A model generated the notes under the pieces. The model did not search any database, was not told the DNA's origin, and saw only the letters and a program-made list of their open reading frames with translations. This document shows, piece by piece, positions 26,892-36,162 of a DNA stretch of 64,000 nucleotides (position 1 is its first letter; each line of letters opens with the position of its first letter). Both the position numbers and the translations under genes were made by a program. The stretch covers positions 432,572 to 496,571 of the forward strand of contig JANBVJ010000001.1 of the NCBI GenBank assembly GCA_024239055.1, read 5' to 3'. This DNA comes from Patescibacteria group bacterium (GTDB lineage Bacteria; Patescibacteriota; Minisyncoccia; Minisyncoccales; UBA10102).

Positions 26892-28204
26892 GCGATATAA
26901 AAAGAACAAAGCTGACTGGAGAGGTTAAAATATCAGAAGCCGAATTTGAAAAGATTGCCTCGCAGGTAAGGGTTTCCTCAGATGTCGCTGTTGTCCTTAA
27001 AGAATACCTCACAGATAAAGATACAACCAAGGCAGTAGGCTTTCTACTAATCTCAGCCATTCTTTTGGACGCATCTGATATTCATACAGAACCCGGAGAG
27101 GAACAGGTACGGATTCGCTTTCGTATAGACGGTATTCTTCAGGATATTGCTGTTATTGAACCATCTGCTTACGAAACTCTACTCTCTCGAATAAAACTCC
27201 TTTCTGGTCTGAAATTAAATGTTTCTGATCGCCCGCAAGACGGACGTTTTTCGGTAGAAACAAAAACACCAATGGAGATTAGAACATCCTCTCTGCCATC
27301 GGAACACGGAGAGACCGTTGTTTTAAGAATATTAAATCCAGGAAGTCTTATAACACTAAAAGACCTGGGACTCAGAGATAATCTACTTAAACTATTTAAA
27401 AAGGAGATAAAAAGCCCTAACGGCATGATAGTAGTTACAGGTCCTACGGGATCTGGTAAAACAACTACGCTCTACGCTTTTTTGCAGGAGATTCAGCGCC
27501 CCGAGATTAAAGTCATTACCATAGAAGATCCTATTGAGTATCACGTGAAAGGAATATCGCAGACCCAGGTTCAATCAGACAAAGGATATGATTTTGCTAC
27601 GGGTTTAAAAGCAATTGTAAGACAAGACCCTGATGTTATTTTGGTGGGTGAGATGCGGGACCTTGAAACCGTGGAGATTGCGCTCCAGGCCGCTCTTACA
27701 GGACATCTGGTCTTTTCCACTCTTCATACCAATGATGCTGCCGGAACAATTACCAGGTTAATGTCTTTGGGAGCTAAAACCGCAAACATAGCGCCAGCGA
27801 TAAACTTAGCTATTGCACAACGCCTCATAAGGAAAGTATGTAAAAAGTCTGTAGGCAAGAGGAATGCATCTGCAGAAGAGTTAAAGGAAATAAAACAAGC
27901 GCTCAAGGCATTACCAATAAAAGAGCGTCCAAAAATCGGATCTTCATTAAGCGTTCCCGTGGCAAAAGGATGCAAGGAGTGCAATGATACAGGATACAAA
28001 GGAAGGGCTGGATTATTTGAAGCCATTGCAATTGATAACGAACTAAGTGAACTTATCTTGGAATCTCCGTCTACCATAGCAGTTCAAAGAATGGCCGAGA
28101 AAAAAGGAATGATTCCAATAAGAACAGATGGTTTATTAAGAATTATTGAAGGAATAACGACATTTGAAGAGTTAAATAGGGTAACTGAAAAAGAATCTGG
28201 GTAA
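26888..28204 (+). CDS. GspE/PilB-family secretion ATPase (short form)
   Basis: Walker A VTGPTGSGKTTT, an Asp box, Walker B DPDVILVGEMRD, His box STLHTNDA, and CKECNDTGYKGR. Confidence 0.85.
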   Translation: MSDIKRTKLTGEVKISEAEFEKIASQVRVSSDVAVVLKEYLTDKDTTKAVGFLLISAILLDASDIHTEPGEEQVRIRFRIDGILQDIAVIEPSAYETLLSRIKLLSGLKLNVSDRPQDGRFSVETKTPMEIRTSSLPSEHGETVVLRILNPGSLITLKDLGLRDNLLKLFKKEIKSPNGMIVVTGPTGSGKTTTLYAFLQEIQRPEIKVITIEDPIEYHVKGISQTQVQSDKGYDFATGLKAIVRQDPDVILVGEMRDLETVEIALQAALTGHLVFSTLHTNDAAGTITRLMSLGAKTANIAPAINLAIAQRLIRKVCKKSVGKRNASAEELKEIKQALKALPIKERPKIGSSLSVPVAKGCKECNDTGYKGRAGLFEAIAIDNELSELILESPSTIAVQRMAEKKGMIPIRTDGLLRIIEGITTFEELNRVTEKESG

Positions 28205-28216
28205 ACAAAAGAACCG

Positions 28217-28333
28217 CCTTTGCTGGGGACCAATTTGGTTATCGGAACACAAACGTAGAATTATCCTAGGGTGTAGTTCAGCATGACCCGAGCTACCCTC
28301 TAAGGAATAAATCCAGGTCCCCAGCAAAAGAGG
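28217..28333. other. Element of about 117 nt bounded by a 14-bp perfect inverted repeat (structured RNA or MITE-like)
   Basis: CTTTGCTGGGGACC (28218-28231) pairs with GGTCCCCAGCAAAG (28317-28330). Inner complementary segments CCTAGGGTGTAG / CTACCCTCTAAGG are also present. A second hairpin follows at 28343-28376. Confidence 0.35.
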
Positions 28334-28512
28334 CTCTTTTATGTCGTAAGAGAAAAAGGGGATTTCCCCTTACGACTTACGTATAATACAACATAAGGTA
28401 GTTCTTGTCAAGAGTTCTAAGAAAGAAAGTGGCTCCTGGTACTCTTTTTAGGAGATGCTTTTTTCTTTCCAGACTCTGGCAATACATCAAAAAACACGTA
28501 CAATGTAAACAT

Positions 28513-29223
28513 ATGTCAGGACACAGTCATTGGGCAGGCATAAAACATAAGAAGGGATTGGAGGACGCAAAGCGCAGCAAGATATTCTCAAAGCTTGCTC
28601 GCGAACTTACCGTGACAGCAAAAGAAGGTGGAGATCCGGATGCCAACTCAAAGCTTCGAGCTGTTATGGATAAGGCAAAAAGCGTTAATATGCCTTCAGA
28701 TAATGTCTCTCGTGCCATAAAGCGGGGCACAGGAGAAGAAAAAGGACAAGTATTAGAAGAGATTTTAGTAGAGGCCTATGGGCCAGGAGGAGTAGCTGTT
28801 TTAATTGAGGGAATTACAGATAATAAGAATCGTTCCATGGGCGAGATAAGACAGATACTGGGGAAACACGGTGGAAAACCTGTGGATGGAGGAGCAGTCC
28901 AGTGGCTCTTTGAAAGAAAGGGTATTATAACAGCCACCACTTCTCTTTCAAAAGAGGAAGCTGAGTTAGCTGCCATTGATGCTGGGGCCGAGGACGTTGA
29001 ATGGGATGAAGAGACGATAGAGCTTCAGACTAACCCCGCGGCTTTAGAGCAGTTAAGGAAATCTGCTCAGGAAAAGGAGTTTACTATAGAGTCTTCTTTT
29101 TTGGGTTGGGTGCCAAAAGAACCATTAGAGATAGACGAGAAGACAAATCAACAGACAGAAACTCTATTTGAGGCATTAGACGAGCAAGATGACGTACAGA
29201 ATATTTACTCAAACATCAAATGA
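28513..29223 (+). CDS. yebC: YebC/PmpR-family transcriptional regulator
   Basis: The MSGHSHWAGIKHKKG N-terminus is diagnostic. The start is taken at the internal ATG 28513. Confidence 0.9.
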   Translation: MSGHSHWAGIKHKKGLEDAKRSKIFSKLARELTVTAKEGGDPDANSKLRAVMDKAKSVNMPSDNVSRAIKRGTGEEKGQVLEEILVEAYGPGGVAVLIEGITDNKNRSMGEIRQILGKHGGKPVDGGAVQWLFERKGIITATTSLSKEEAELAAIDAGAEDVEWDEETIELQTNPAALEQLRKSAQEKEFTIESSFLGWVPKEPLEIDEKTNQQTETLFEALDEQDDVQNIYSNIK

Positions 29224-29708
29224 TTATTCTTGGCATTGATCCGGGGACCGCTTCCATGGGATATGGAATACTTAAAGTTAGGCCTAAAAAGAGGGGTCGT
29301 CCTGCTATTTCTCACATTCATCATGGCTGTATTACTACAAGCAAAGACCTTCCTGCATCAGAGCGCCTCCATATTATTGAAAAAGAGCTGAGGAAGATTA
29401 TGCGTGAACACAGTCCTAACCTTGTAGCAATAGAAAGCCTGTTCTTTTTTAAGAACCTTAAAACTGCAATGCCTGTTTCAGAAGCAAAAGGTGTGGTGCT
29501 CTTAATGGCTGCCAAAAACAAACTTGAGGTGCAGGAATTCTCCCCTCCCCAGATTAAGATGGCAATTACCGGCTTTGGCAGAGCAGAAAAAAAAGAGGTG
29601 CAGGAGCACGTACAAAAGATTCTCAAGCTTAAAGAACTTCCTCGTCCCAATCATGCCGCTGACGCATTGAGTGTCGCAATTATCTGTTCTCGCGGTATAA
29701 AGGGTTGA
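29220..29708 (+). CDS. ruvC: Holliday junction resolvase RuvC
   Basis: ILGIDPGTASMGYGIL, VAIESLFF and HAADALSVAI, which contain the catalytic acidic residues. Confidence 0.9.
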   Translation: MIILGIDPGTASMGYGILKVRPKKRGRPAISHIHHGCITTSKDLPASERLHIIEKELRKIMREHSPNLVAIESLFFFKNLKTAMPVSEAKGVVLLMAAKNKLEVQEFSPPQIKMAITGFGRAEKKEVQEHVQKILKLKELPRPNHAADALSVAIICSRGIKG

Positions 29709-29733
29709 CAAGGGCTTGATTCTGGAATATACT
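29705..29733 (+). promoter_or_regulatory. Sigma70-type promoter (TTGACA-N17-TATACT)
   Basis: TTGACA at 29705-29710, a 17-nt spacer, then TATACT at 29728-29733. It sits about 55 nt upstream of the acidic mini-ORF. Confidence 0.5.
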
Positions 29734-29787
29734 AATTGGGTAGCTTGAAAGGTCGCAAGAAGCGATAAACAAGAAATTTAAAAAACC

Positions 29788-30036
29788 ATGACATACGAAA
29801 AAGATGTCCTTACACCTTTTGTAGGTGACGGAGAAGAGGAAACAACTCCTGAGAGTACTCCTGAAACTCCTGAGACTACAGAAGAGACATCTTCCGACAA
29901 TGGCGATGGGGAAACAACCCCAGCTACTGAGGAAGGTGGAGAAGAGTCTACTCCAGAAGCTCCATCCGCGACTTTAGACGGAGAGGACGAAGGAGGAGAT
30001 AAAGAGTCTTCTGATGGAGGAGAGAGCACAGAATAA
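29788..30036 (+). CDS. Highly acidic low-complexity small protein (rich in T, E, P, G, D)
   Basis: 82 aa: MTYEKDVLTPFVGDGEEETTPESTPETPETTEE.... The plus strand is supported by the upstream consensus promoter and downstream terminator. An antisense ORF of similar length also exists. Confidence 0.45.
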   Translation: MTYEKDVLTPFVGDGEEETTPESTPETPETTEETSSDNGDGETTPATEEGGEESTPEAPSATLDGEDEGGDKESSDGGESTE

Positions 30037-30064
30037 ATGTAATCTCATCCTCATACGCAAAAAT

Positions 30065-30086
30065 AGCCCCATCTCGGGGCTTTTTT
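30065..30086. terminator. Bidirectional intrinsic terminator (acidic ORF / tyrS)
   Basis: AGCCCC-atctc-GGGGCT followed by TTTTTT on the plus strand. On the minus strand the same hairpin is followed by ATTTTTG. Confidence 0.7.
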
Positions 30087-30091
30087 GCTAC

Positions 30092-31270
30092 CTATGAAAT
30101 CTGTACGAATCTACGCTTACCTACCTGAATAACTACTCCTTTTTTAAATTTCACTGTGCTTTTTCCATCTTTTACAACCTCTCCGTTAATCTTCACGCCC
30201 CCCTGCGAAATAAGACGCCGTGCTTCTGACTTTGAGGATGCAAGTTTTGCTTTTATAAGAATTACCGGGAGCGTCGCGGAAGCGGAAACTTTTATCTTCT
30301 GAATATCTTTTGGGAGGTTACGTTCTTGAAATACTGAAATAAACTCTTTTCCTGCCTTCTTTGCCGCTGTCTTTGTGTGATACATCCCTACAATAGTTAT
30401 AGCCAACTTTGCCTTTATATCTCTTGGGGAGATTTTCTTTGTTTTTATATCTTTTTCCATCACCTGAATCTCTTTTAACGGAACATCCGTGCACATTGTG
30501 AAATATTCAATAATTAACTCATCTCTTAAAGACATAATCTTTCCAAACATCTCCTTTGGAGAATCTGTAAGGTTTACGGTATTTTGAGAGGTCTTACTCA
30601 TGGTCTTGCCATCAAGACCCATAATCATAGGAACGGTTAAGACAAACTTCTCTCTTTTATTCATTTTTTGCTGGAGCTGCCGACCAATAAGCATATTAAA
30701 GACCTGGTCGGTCCCGCCAACTTCTAAATCCACATCTAGATAAACAGAATCGTACCCTTGAAGCAAGGGGTACAGGGTTTCATGAGTCCAAACCGTATCT
30801 CCGCGTTTAATGCGTTCCTGAAACATATCTCTTTTAAATAGCTGGGTGGCTGAGATATTAGAAGCAATCTCGATAATCTCAGGGAGTCTAAGTTTCTTCA
30901 ACCAGTCTCCGTTCTTTTTTATCTTCACCTTTGAAAAATCCAGAATCTTGGAGGCCTGTTTTTTCCAAGTCTTCATATTCTTTGCTATCTCTTTTTCTGT
31001 GATGCGATTCCTTCCGCGCGCGTTCTGGGAAGGATCTCCTGTTAAGACCGTACCCGTGCCAATAATCAGAATAACCTCATGGCCTAAGTCTGCAAACTGC
31101 TGAATCTTTCTTAGGGGAACTGTATGGCCTAAATGAAGATTGCTTCCGGTTGGGTCAATACCTAAATACAAACGAATTCTGCGTTTTTTCATTAACGACT
31201 CCAGTCCCTTCTTTGTTGGAAGAATCTCTGCCACCTGTCGACTGAGAACCTCCTCTTTCAATTGCCTCAT
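30092..31270 (-). CDS. tyrS: Tyrosyl-tRNA synthetase
   Basis: HIGH motif (NLHLGH), KMSKT (KMSKS-type), and a C-terminal S4 domain (SKSEARRLISQGGVKING). Confidence 0.9.
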   Translation of the reverse strand: MRQLKEEVLSRQVAEILPTKKGLESLMKKRRIRLYLGIDPTGSNLHLGHTVPLRKIQQFADLGHEVILIIGTGTVLTGDPSQNARGRNRITEKEIAKNMKTWKKQASKILDFSKVKIKKNGDWLKKLRLPEIIEIASNISATQLFKRDMFQERIKRGDTVWTHETLYPLLQGYDSVYLDVDLEVGGTDQVFNMLIGRQLQQKMNKREKFVLTVPMIMGLDGKTMSKTSQNTVNLTDSPKEMFGKIMSLRDELIIEYFTMCTDVPLKEIQVMEKDIKTKKISPRDIKAKLAITIVGMYHTKTAAKKAGKEFISVFQERNLPKDIQKIKVSASATLPVILIKAKLASSKSEARRLISQGGVKINGEVVKDGKSTVKFKKGVVIQVGKRRFVQIS

Positions 31271-31351
31271 AATTATCTAGTTTATCAATGTGCAGGGAAA
31301 AGCGCAATGTATCTCGTTGAAGAAGAGAAAACGGTATGGTATTGTGGCTGA

Positions 31352-33247
31352 ATGCCGAGAAAATCATCAAAATCCAGCAAAAAGAATCTGTTTTGGCAGA
31401 TTGTACTCTTTGGTTTTCTATCTTTGTTTGTTTTAGGGCTCTTTGTTTTTATCTTCTTTGCCAGAGACCTCCCAAGACCCGAGCGTTTCGGGGAACTGCA
31501 GACCACGCGTCCAACTGAGATATATGACAGGACTGGAGAAGTTCTGCTTTTTGAGATATTTGGGGAGGAAAAGCGCAGTATGATAGCTATTGAAAACCTC
31601 CCAGGACACGTTTTAAACGCTATTATCGTAGCTGAAGACACTTCTTTCTACAAACACATTGGAATTGATCCTAAGGGTATTATCAGGTCCATACTGGCGA
31701 ATATTAGAACGGGAACGCGCGGACAAGGAGGTTCTACTATTTCCCAACAGCTAATACGCTCGTCTCTTCTCACAGCAAAAAAGACCATTGCGAGAAAGGT
31801 AAAGGAGATTATTTTGACGCTAGAGCTTGAACGGCAGTACTCAAAAGAAGAAATTCTGGAGTTCTATCTAAACCAGGTTCCTCTTGGGTCTAATGTATAT
31901 GGTGTTGGGGCTGCCTCCCAACTCTACTTTGGCAAGCGAGCTGAGGAGTTAAGTGTAGCGGAAGCGGCTATCTTGGCAGCCATGATTCAGGCTCCTACAT
32001 ACTATTCTCCATATGGAAACCAGACAAATGAACTGCATGAGAGAAAAGAATGGATTATTAATAGAATGGAGGGAGCAGGATACATTACTGAACAAGAGGC
32101 CTTGGCTGCAACAAATGAGAAACTGGAGTTTAGCCAACCATTAATTGCCATTAAGGCCCCCCACTTTGTACTGTATGTATTAGACCAGTTATTTGAGGAG
32201 TACGGAGAAGAATTTGTACGGGCAGAAGGTTTAAGAATACAAACAACCCTGGACTGGAATCTTCAGGAAAAGACCGAGGAGCTGGTTACTCAGATAAGTA
32301 AGATGAACGCAGGATTTGCAGCACACAATACCGCTGTCGTTGCTATAAATCCGCAAAACGGAGAAATTCTTACCATGGTTGGTTCAAGGAACTGGTTTGG
32401 CACCTCTTTTCCGGAAGGGTGCACCGCTGGAATAGACTGCAAGTTTGATCCAAAGGTAAATGTTGCCACCACACTTACGGGAAGACAACCGGGATCCGCC
32501 TTCAAGCCGTTTGTTTACGCCACGGCCTTTAAGAATGGGTATGATGGAAATACAACGGTTATTGATGAGGAGACAAACTTTGGGGTGTGGGGAGATAAGG
32601 AGTACATCCCGCAAAACTATGACGGAAAGTTTCGGGGCGAGGTAAACCTTAGACAAGCCCTTGCCCAATCTTTGAACATTCCCTCTATAAAGGTTCTCTT
32701 GGAATTTGCCGGCATTAAAGAAAGTATTGATACGGCAACCGAAATGGGGATTTCCACGCTCAACCGCCCGCTCTCTGATTACGGCCCTTCCCTTGTGCTG
32801 GGTGGAGGAGAAGTCCGGCTTCTGGATCTTGTTTCCGCTTACGGAGTCTTTGCCTCAGAAGGCAGGAGGACTCCGCCAATTAGTATCACAAGTGTAAAAA
32901 GATCCGATGGCAAGGTAATAAGACGTTATGAAAAGTCATCTATTCAGGTTCTCTCTCCTGTAGCTGCAAAAGAAGTTACTAGTATTCTTTCCGATAATGA
33001 AGCCCGGTCTGCGATGTTTGGTTCCCATTCACTTCTCTACTTTCCTGAATATGGGGTTTCAGCCAAGACCGGAACGACCCAGGAATTCCGAGATGCCTGG
33101 ACTATAGGATATACGGCAAATGTTACGGTTGGAGTATGGGTTGGCAATAACGACAACACCCCTATGGCAGAAGAGCCAGGGGTGGTCTTGGCAGGTCCCT
33201 TATGGAATGGTGTTATGACAAAGGCTTTGGAGCTCCTTACGCCTTAA
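31352..33247 (+). CDS. Bifunctional class A penicillin-binding protein (glycosyltransferase plus transpeptidase)
   Basis: N-terminal TM. GT51 motifs EDTSFYKH.GID, GGSTISQQL and RKVKE. Transpeptidase motifs SAFKP, SLN and KTGTT. Confidence 0.9.
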   Translation: MPRKSSKSSKKNLFWQIVLFGFLSLFVLGLFVFIFFARDLPRPERFGELQTTRPTEIYDRTGEVLLFEIFGEEKRSMIAIENLPGHVLNAIIVAEDTSFYKHIGIDPKGIIRSILANIRTGTRGQGGSTISQQLIRSSLLTAKKTIARKVKEIILTLELERQYSKEEILEFYLNQVPLGSNVYGVGAASQLYFGKRAEELSVAEAAILAAMIQAPTYYSPYGNQTNELHERKEWIINRMEGAGYITEQEALAATNEKLEFSQPLIAIKAPHFVLYVLDQLFEEYGEEFVRAEGLRIQTTLDWNLQEKTEELVTQISKMNAGFAAHNTAVVAINPQNGEILTMVGSRNWFGTSFPEGCTAGIDCKFDPKVNVATTLTGRQPGSAFKPFVYATAFKNGYDGNTTVIDEETNFGVWGDKEYIPQNYDGKFRGEVNLRQALAQSLNIPSIKVLLEFAGIKESIDTATEMGISTLNRPLSDYGPSLVLGGGEVRLLDLVSAYGVFASEGRRTPPISITSVKRSDGKVIRRYEKSSIQVLSPVAAKEVTSILSDNEARSAMFGSHSLLYFPEYGVSAKTGTTQEFRDAWTIGYTANVTVGVWVGNNDNTPMAEEPGVVLAGPLWNGVMTKALELLTP

Positions 33248-34367
33248 TCGGCATTAAGACATATAAATACCCCTCTTTACTTCCCGCAGCTTTAATAACA
33301 GCGGCTCCCTCTTCTCCGTTCATGCCAATCTCAACCCGGTCTTCTCTCACCTGAGAGACGCCCTCTAAAAAGAATCTCCAGTTAAAAGAAGCTGTTGCCT
33401 TTTCTCCTTCTCCCTCAATTTCAAGAGAGGAAGAGTGAGATCCAAGATCTGTATTTTCCGAGACAATCTCAGCTTTCTTTATTTTTGGATCCAATGAAAA
33501 ACGAAGTTCTTGCATCTTATTGGCAAAAATAGAGGCTGCGCGAATTTGGTTAATAAGTGCATTTTTATCTAATGTGGCTTTCGTCTCTGTCTGCTTTGGA
33601 ATAACCTCCTGATAATTAGGATACTCCCCGTCAATAACGCGAGATACAATCTCAATATGAAGCTGAGACGGGCTGTTTTCTCCTTCGTATCTAAAGGTAA
33701 CCTGATTGGAGGAAATGTAAATCTTCATTTTTCCCGGCTTATCTCCCAAGATAGCAACTAGTTCTCGCGCGGTCTTCTGAGGAAGAATAAAAGTGTGTTC
33801 AGAGCCATTCTCCTTTCCAAGCAACAATGTTGCCTCAGCTAAACGAAAAGAGTCTGTAGCAACGATTTTAACGGCGTTTTTACCAAAAGAAATATATACT
33901 CCTGTAATTTCTGGCCTTGTCTGGCTCTGGCTTGTAACACCGACTACCTGGCCAATAGCCTGACAAAAGTCTTGAGCGGAAACCTCAATGGCATTTTTCT
34001 CGTTTTGGGTTGTTGGAATAATAGGAAAGTCATCGGGGTTTAGCGCCTTGATTTCCGTATGATGATTCTTCGAGTTCACCACTAAGGTCTTTTCGCTTCC
34101 TTCTAAGGTAATTTGGGAATCGGATAAAAGCCCAATAAAATTTGATAGGAATTTTGCTGGAACTACAACACCCCCTTCTCCGTCGTTTTTAGCTAAAATC
34201 CTATAACGAATTCCCATTTCAAGATCGGTAGCTGATAATTCAAGAATATTTTTTGCCGTGGTAATAAGAATATTATTTAAAATTGGAAGAGAGATTGATT
34301 TTACAGCAATCCTTTCCACAACAGAGAGTCCTTCTTTTAAGTTTTCCTTTAGTATAATAGATTTCAT
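33237..34367 (-). CDS. dnaN: DNA polymerase III beta sliding clamp
   Basis: 376 aa, immediately downstream of dnaA. The N-terminal pattern L..V......S.LPIL.N.L..... is typical of DnaN. Confidence 0.9.
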   Translation of the reverse strand: MKSIILKENLKEGLSVVERIAVKSISLPILNNILITTAKNILELSATDLEMGIRYRILAKNDGEGGVVVPAKFLSNFIGLLSDSQITLEGSEKTLVVNSKNHHTEIKALNPDDFPIIPTTQNEKNAIEVSAQDFCQAIGQVVGVTSQSQTRPEITGVYISFGKNAVKIVATDSFRLAEATLLLGKENGSEHTFILPQKTARELVAILGDKPGKMKIYISSNQVTFRYEGENSPSQLHIEIVSRVIDGEYPNYQEVIPKQTETKATLDKNALINQIRAASIFANKMQELRFSLDPKIKKAEIVSENTDLGSHSSSLEIEGEGEKATASFNWRFFLEGVSQVREDRVEIGMNGEEGAAVIKAAGSKEGYLYVLMPIKA

Positions 34368-34513
34368 ATTATATATACTTTATTACTGTACTTAGGGGTG
34401 TGAATTAAGGTTTGTTTATTCGTATTTTATTCTTAAATAATATGTGTATGTGTGTGGGGATAGGAGAGAGGAATAAATTGTGAATATCTTTCTTTAATAT
34501 TTCATCCCTTGAG
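34368..34513. promoter_or_regulatory. AT-rich dnaA-dnaN spacer with degenerate DnaA-box-like 9-mers (candidate oriC half)
   Basis: TGTGAATTA (34399-34407) and TGTGAATAT (34479-34487) each carry 2 mismatches to TGTGGATAA. The tract at 34368-34445 is very AT-rich. Confidence 0.4.
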
Positions 34514-35872
34514 TTATGCACTATATATTCTCTGTTTTATTAAGTTAATTTCATCAGCTAAGAATTCTGATTCTTCGATTTCCTTACTAACCTTTCCACA
34601 AGCATAAATTGCTGTTGTATGGTCTTTTCCTCCGAACTTCTTTCCAATGAAAGGATAGGAAGATTTTAGTTCTTCCCGCAGTAAAAACATGGCAATCTGG
34701 CGGGGCCTAACAATTTCTTTTTTACGGGAAGTTGAGATAAAATCTTTTTCTTTAATGTCGTAGAACTCAGCTACAGCCTGCATAATCTTCTTTGGATTTA
34801 CTGCTTTTGAAGGATTATGAATAATGGAGCGCAAAAGAGTTTTGGCTTCCGCTAAAGATAGATCTTTTCCAGTTAGTCGCCTAGAAGCAAGAAGGCGATT
34901 GAGCGCTCCTTCTAATTCTCGAATATTCCGCTGGATGTTGTTTGCAAGATATTCATGTATTTCGTCTGCTATCTCTAATTCCAGCCCCTGAGCCTTTGTC
35001 TTTAAGATGGCAAGCCGGGTTTCATAATCAGGAGCTGAGACGTCAGCTACCATACCACCCTCAAAACGCGAGCGGAGGCGTTCTTCTAGCGCAGGAATCG
35101 CCTTTGGCGGACGGTCTGAGGAAAAGATAATCTGCTTTCCTTTCTCATATAAAGTATTAAAGACGTGAAAGAGCTCTTCCTGGGTTTTTTCCTTGCCTGC
35201 CAAGAACTGTACATCGTCTAAGATGAAAATATCGGCTTCTCTGTATGTTGCCCGAAGATTGTCCATGCTTCGATTCTGGATAGCTGAAACAAAGTTTGAG
35301 GTAAAAGCTTCAGAAGAGATATATTTGATATTCTTTCTTGGAAAATCCTTTGCTATCTGGTTACCAGCGGCCTGCAGGAGATGGGTTTTACCCAAACCAG
35401 TGCCTCCATATATAAAGAGAGGGTTGTAGACGAGTCCGGGATTCTTAATAATTCCCAGAACTGCTGCATGAGCCAACTCGTTAAACGGACCCACAATATA
35501 ACCTTCTAAAGTGTAACGGGAGTTGAGGTTAGTTGTACGGTCTATATTAAGAGCCTGAAAGTCCATCTGAGCCTCTTGGGCGGCAATTCTAGGGGCAGGA
35601 GAGGGTGTTGAGGGGCGCTTCTTGGCAGCGCGTTCCACTGTATATTTTACCTCTTTAATCTCTCCGTCCAGGTCATGGAGGATTTTAAAGATGAGTTTGT
35701 TGTATTTATTCTCTAACCACTCTTTTGAAAAGGAGTTGGGGACTGAAATAATTAATTCAGATCCTTTTTTTTCAAGAATGTATGTGTTTTTCAGCCAAGT
35801 TGCAAAGTTTGCCTTTGAGATATGGAATTGTACCTGGGCTAGTGCCGCTTCCCAGAGTTCATTGTTTGCCAT
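34514..35872 (-). CDS. dnaA: Chromosomal replication initiator DnaA
   Basis: GGTGLGKTHLL Walker A, ILDDVQF, the sensor region, and a C-terminal DNA-binding helix (HTTAIYA). Confidence 0.95.
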   Translation of the reverse strand: MANNELWEAALAQVQFHISKANFATWLKNTYILEKKGSELIISVPNSFSKEWLENKYNKLIFKILHDLDGEIKEVKYTVERAAKKRPSTPSPAPRIAAQEAQMDFQALNIDRTTNLNSRYTLEGYIVGPFNELAHAAVLGIIKNPGLVYNPLFIYGGTGLGKTHLLQAAGNQIAKDFPRKNIKYISSEAFTSNFVSAIQNRSMDNLRATYREADIFILDDVQFLAGKEKTQEELFHVFNTLYEKGKQIIFSSDRPPKAIPALEERLRSRFEGGMVADVSAPDYETRLAILKTKAQGLELEIADEIHEYLANNIQRNIRELEGALNRLLASRRLTGKDLSLAEAKTLLRSIIHNPSKAVNPKKIMQAVAEFYDIKEKDFISTSRKKEIVRPRQIAMFLLREELKSSYPFIGKKFGGKDHTTAIYACGKVSKEIEESEFLADEINLIKQRIYSA

Positions 35873-35947
35873 AAGTGTTCTGATTGATGTGTAAGCATTA
35901 TAACAAGTAGAGGGGCGAGGTCAAAATACGCTTAATATGCCAAGGGG

Positions 35948-35967
35948 TGTGCATAATGTGTGGAAAA
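35948..35967. promoter_or_regulatory. Two tandem near-consensus DnaA boxes in the dnaA-rpmH intergenic region
   Basis: TGTGCATAA (35948-35956) and TGTGGAAAA (35959-35967) each have 1 mismatch to TGTGGATAA. Confidence 0.5.
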
Positions 35968-36026
35968 CATGGGAAGAAGACCCAAGTCTTGAAAAAATAA
36001 AAGATGAAGAGTATACTTCATATCAT

Positions 36027-36161
36027 ATGAGCATAACCTATCAACCAAAAAAACGAAAACGAAAGCGCTCACACGGATTCCTGAAGCGATCTCGTACCGC
36101 CCAAGGAAGACGGACCATACAGAGACGAAGACAGAAAGGAAGAAAGAAGTTAACTGTATAA
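36027..36161 (+). CDS. rpmH: 50S ribosomal protein L34
   Basis: [44 protein letters not shown]; the start is at the internal ATG 36027. Confidence 0.9.
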   Translation: MSITYQPKKRKRKRSHGFLKRSRTAQGRRTIQRRRQKGRKKLTV

Positions 36162-36162
36162 T

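Noticed and set aside
28217-28333. Possibility that the long hairpin is the small (4.5S-type) SRP RNA
   Set aside because: The size and long-hairpin shape fit. But neither strand shows the conserved domain IV features, namely a GNRA tetraloop flanked by the GGAAGCAG-type and AGG motifs. It is left as an unassigned element.
29778-30029. 83-aa minus-strand Ser/Pro/Val-rich ORF opposite the acidic mini-gene
   Set aside because: The promoter (TTGACA-N17-TATACT) and ATG context favour the plus strand, and the minus ORF lies downstream of the tyrS terminator. I keep this as a caveat only, because composition alone cannot decide the strand.
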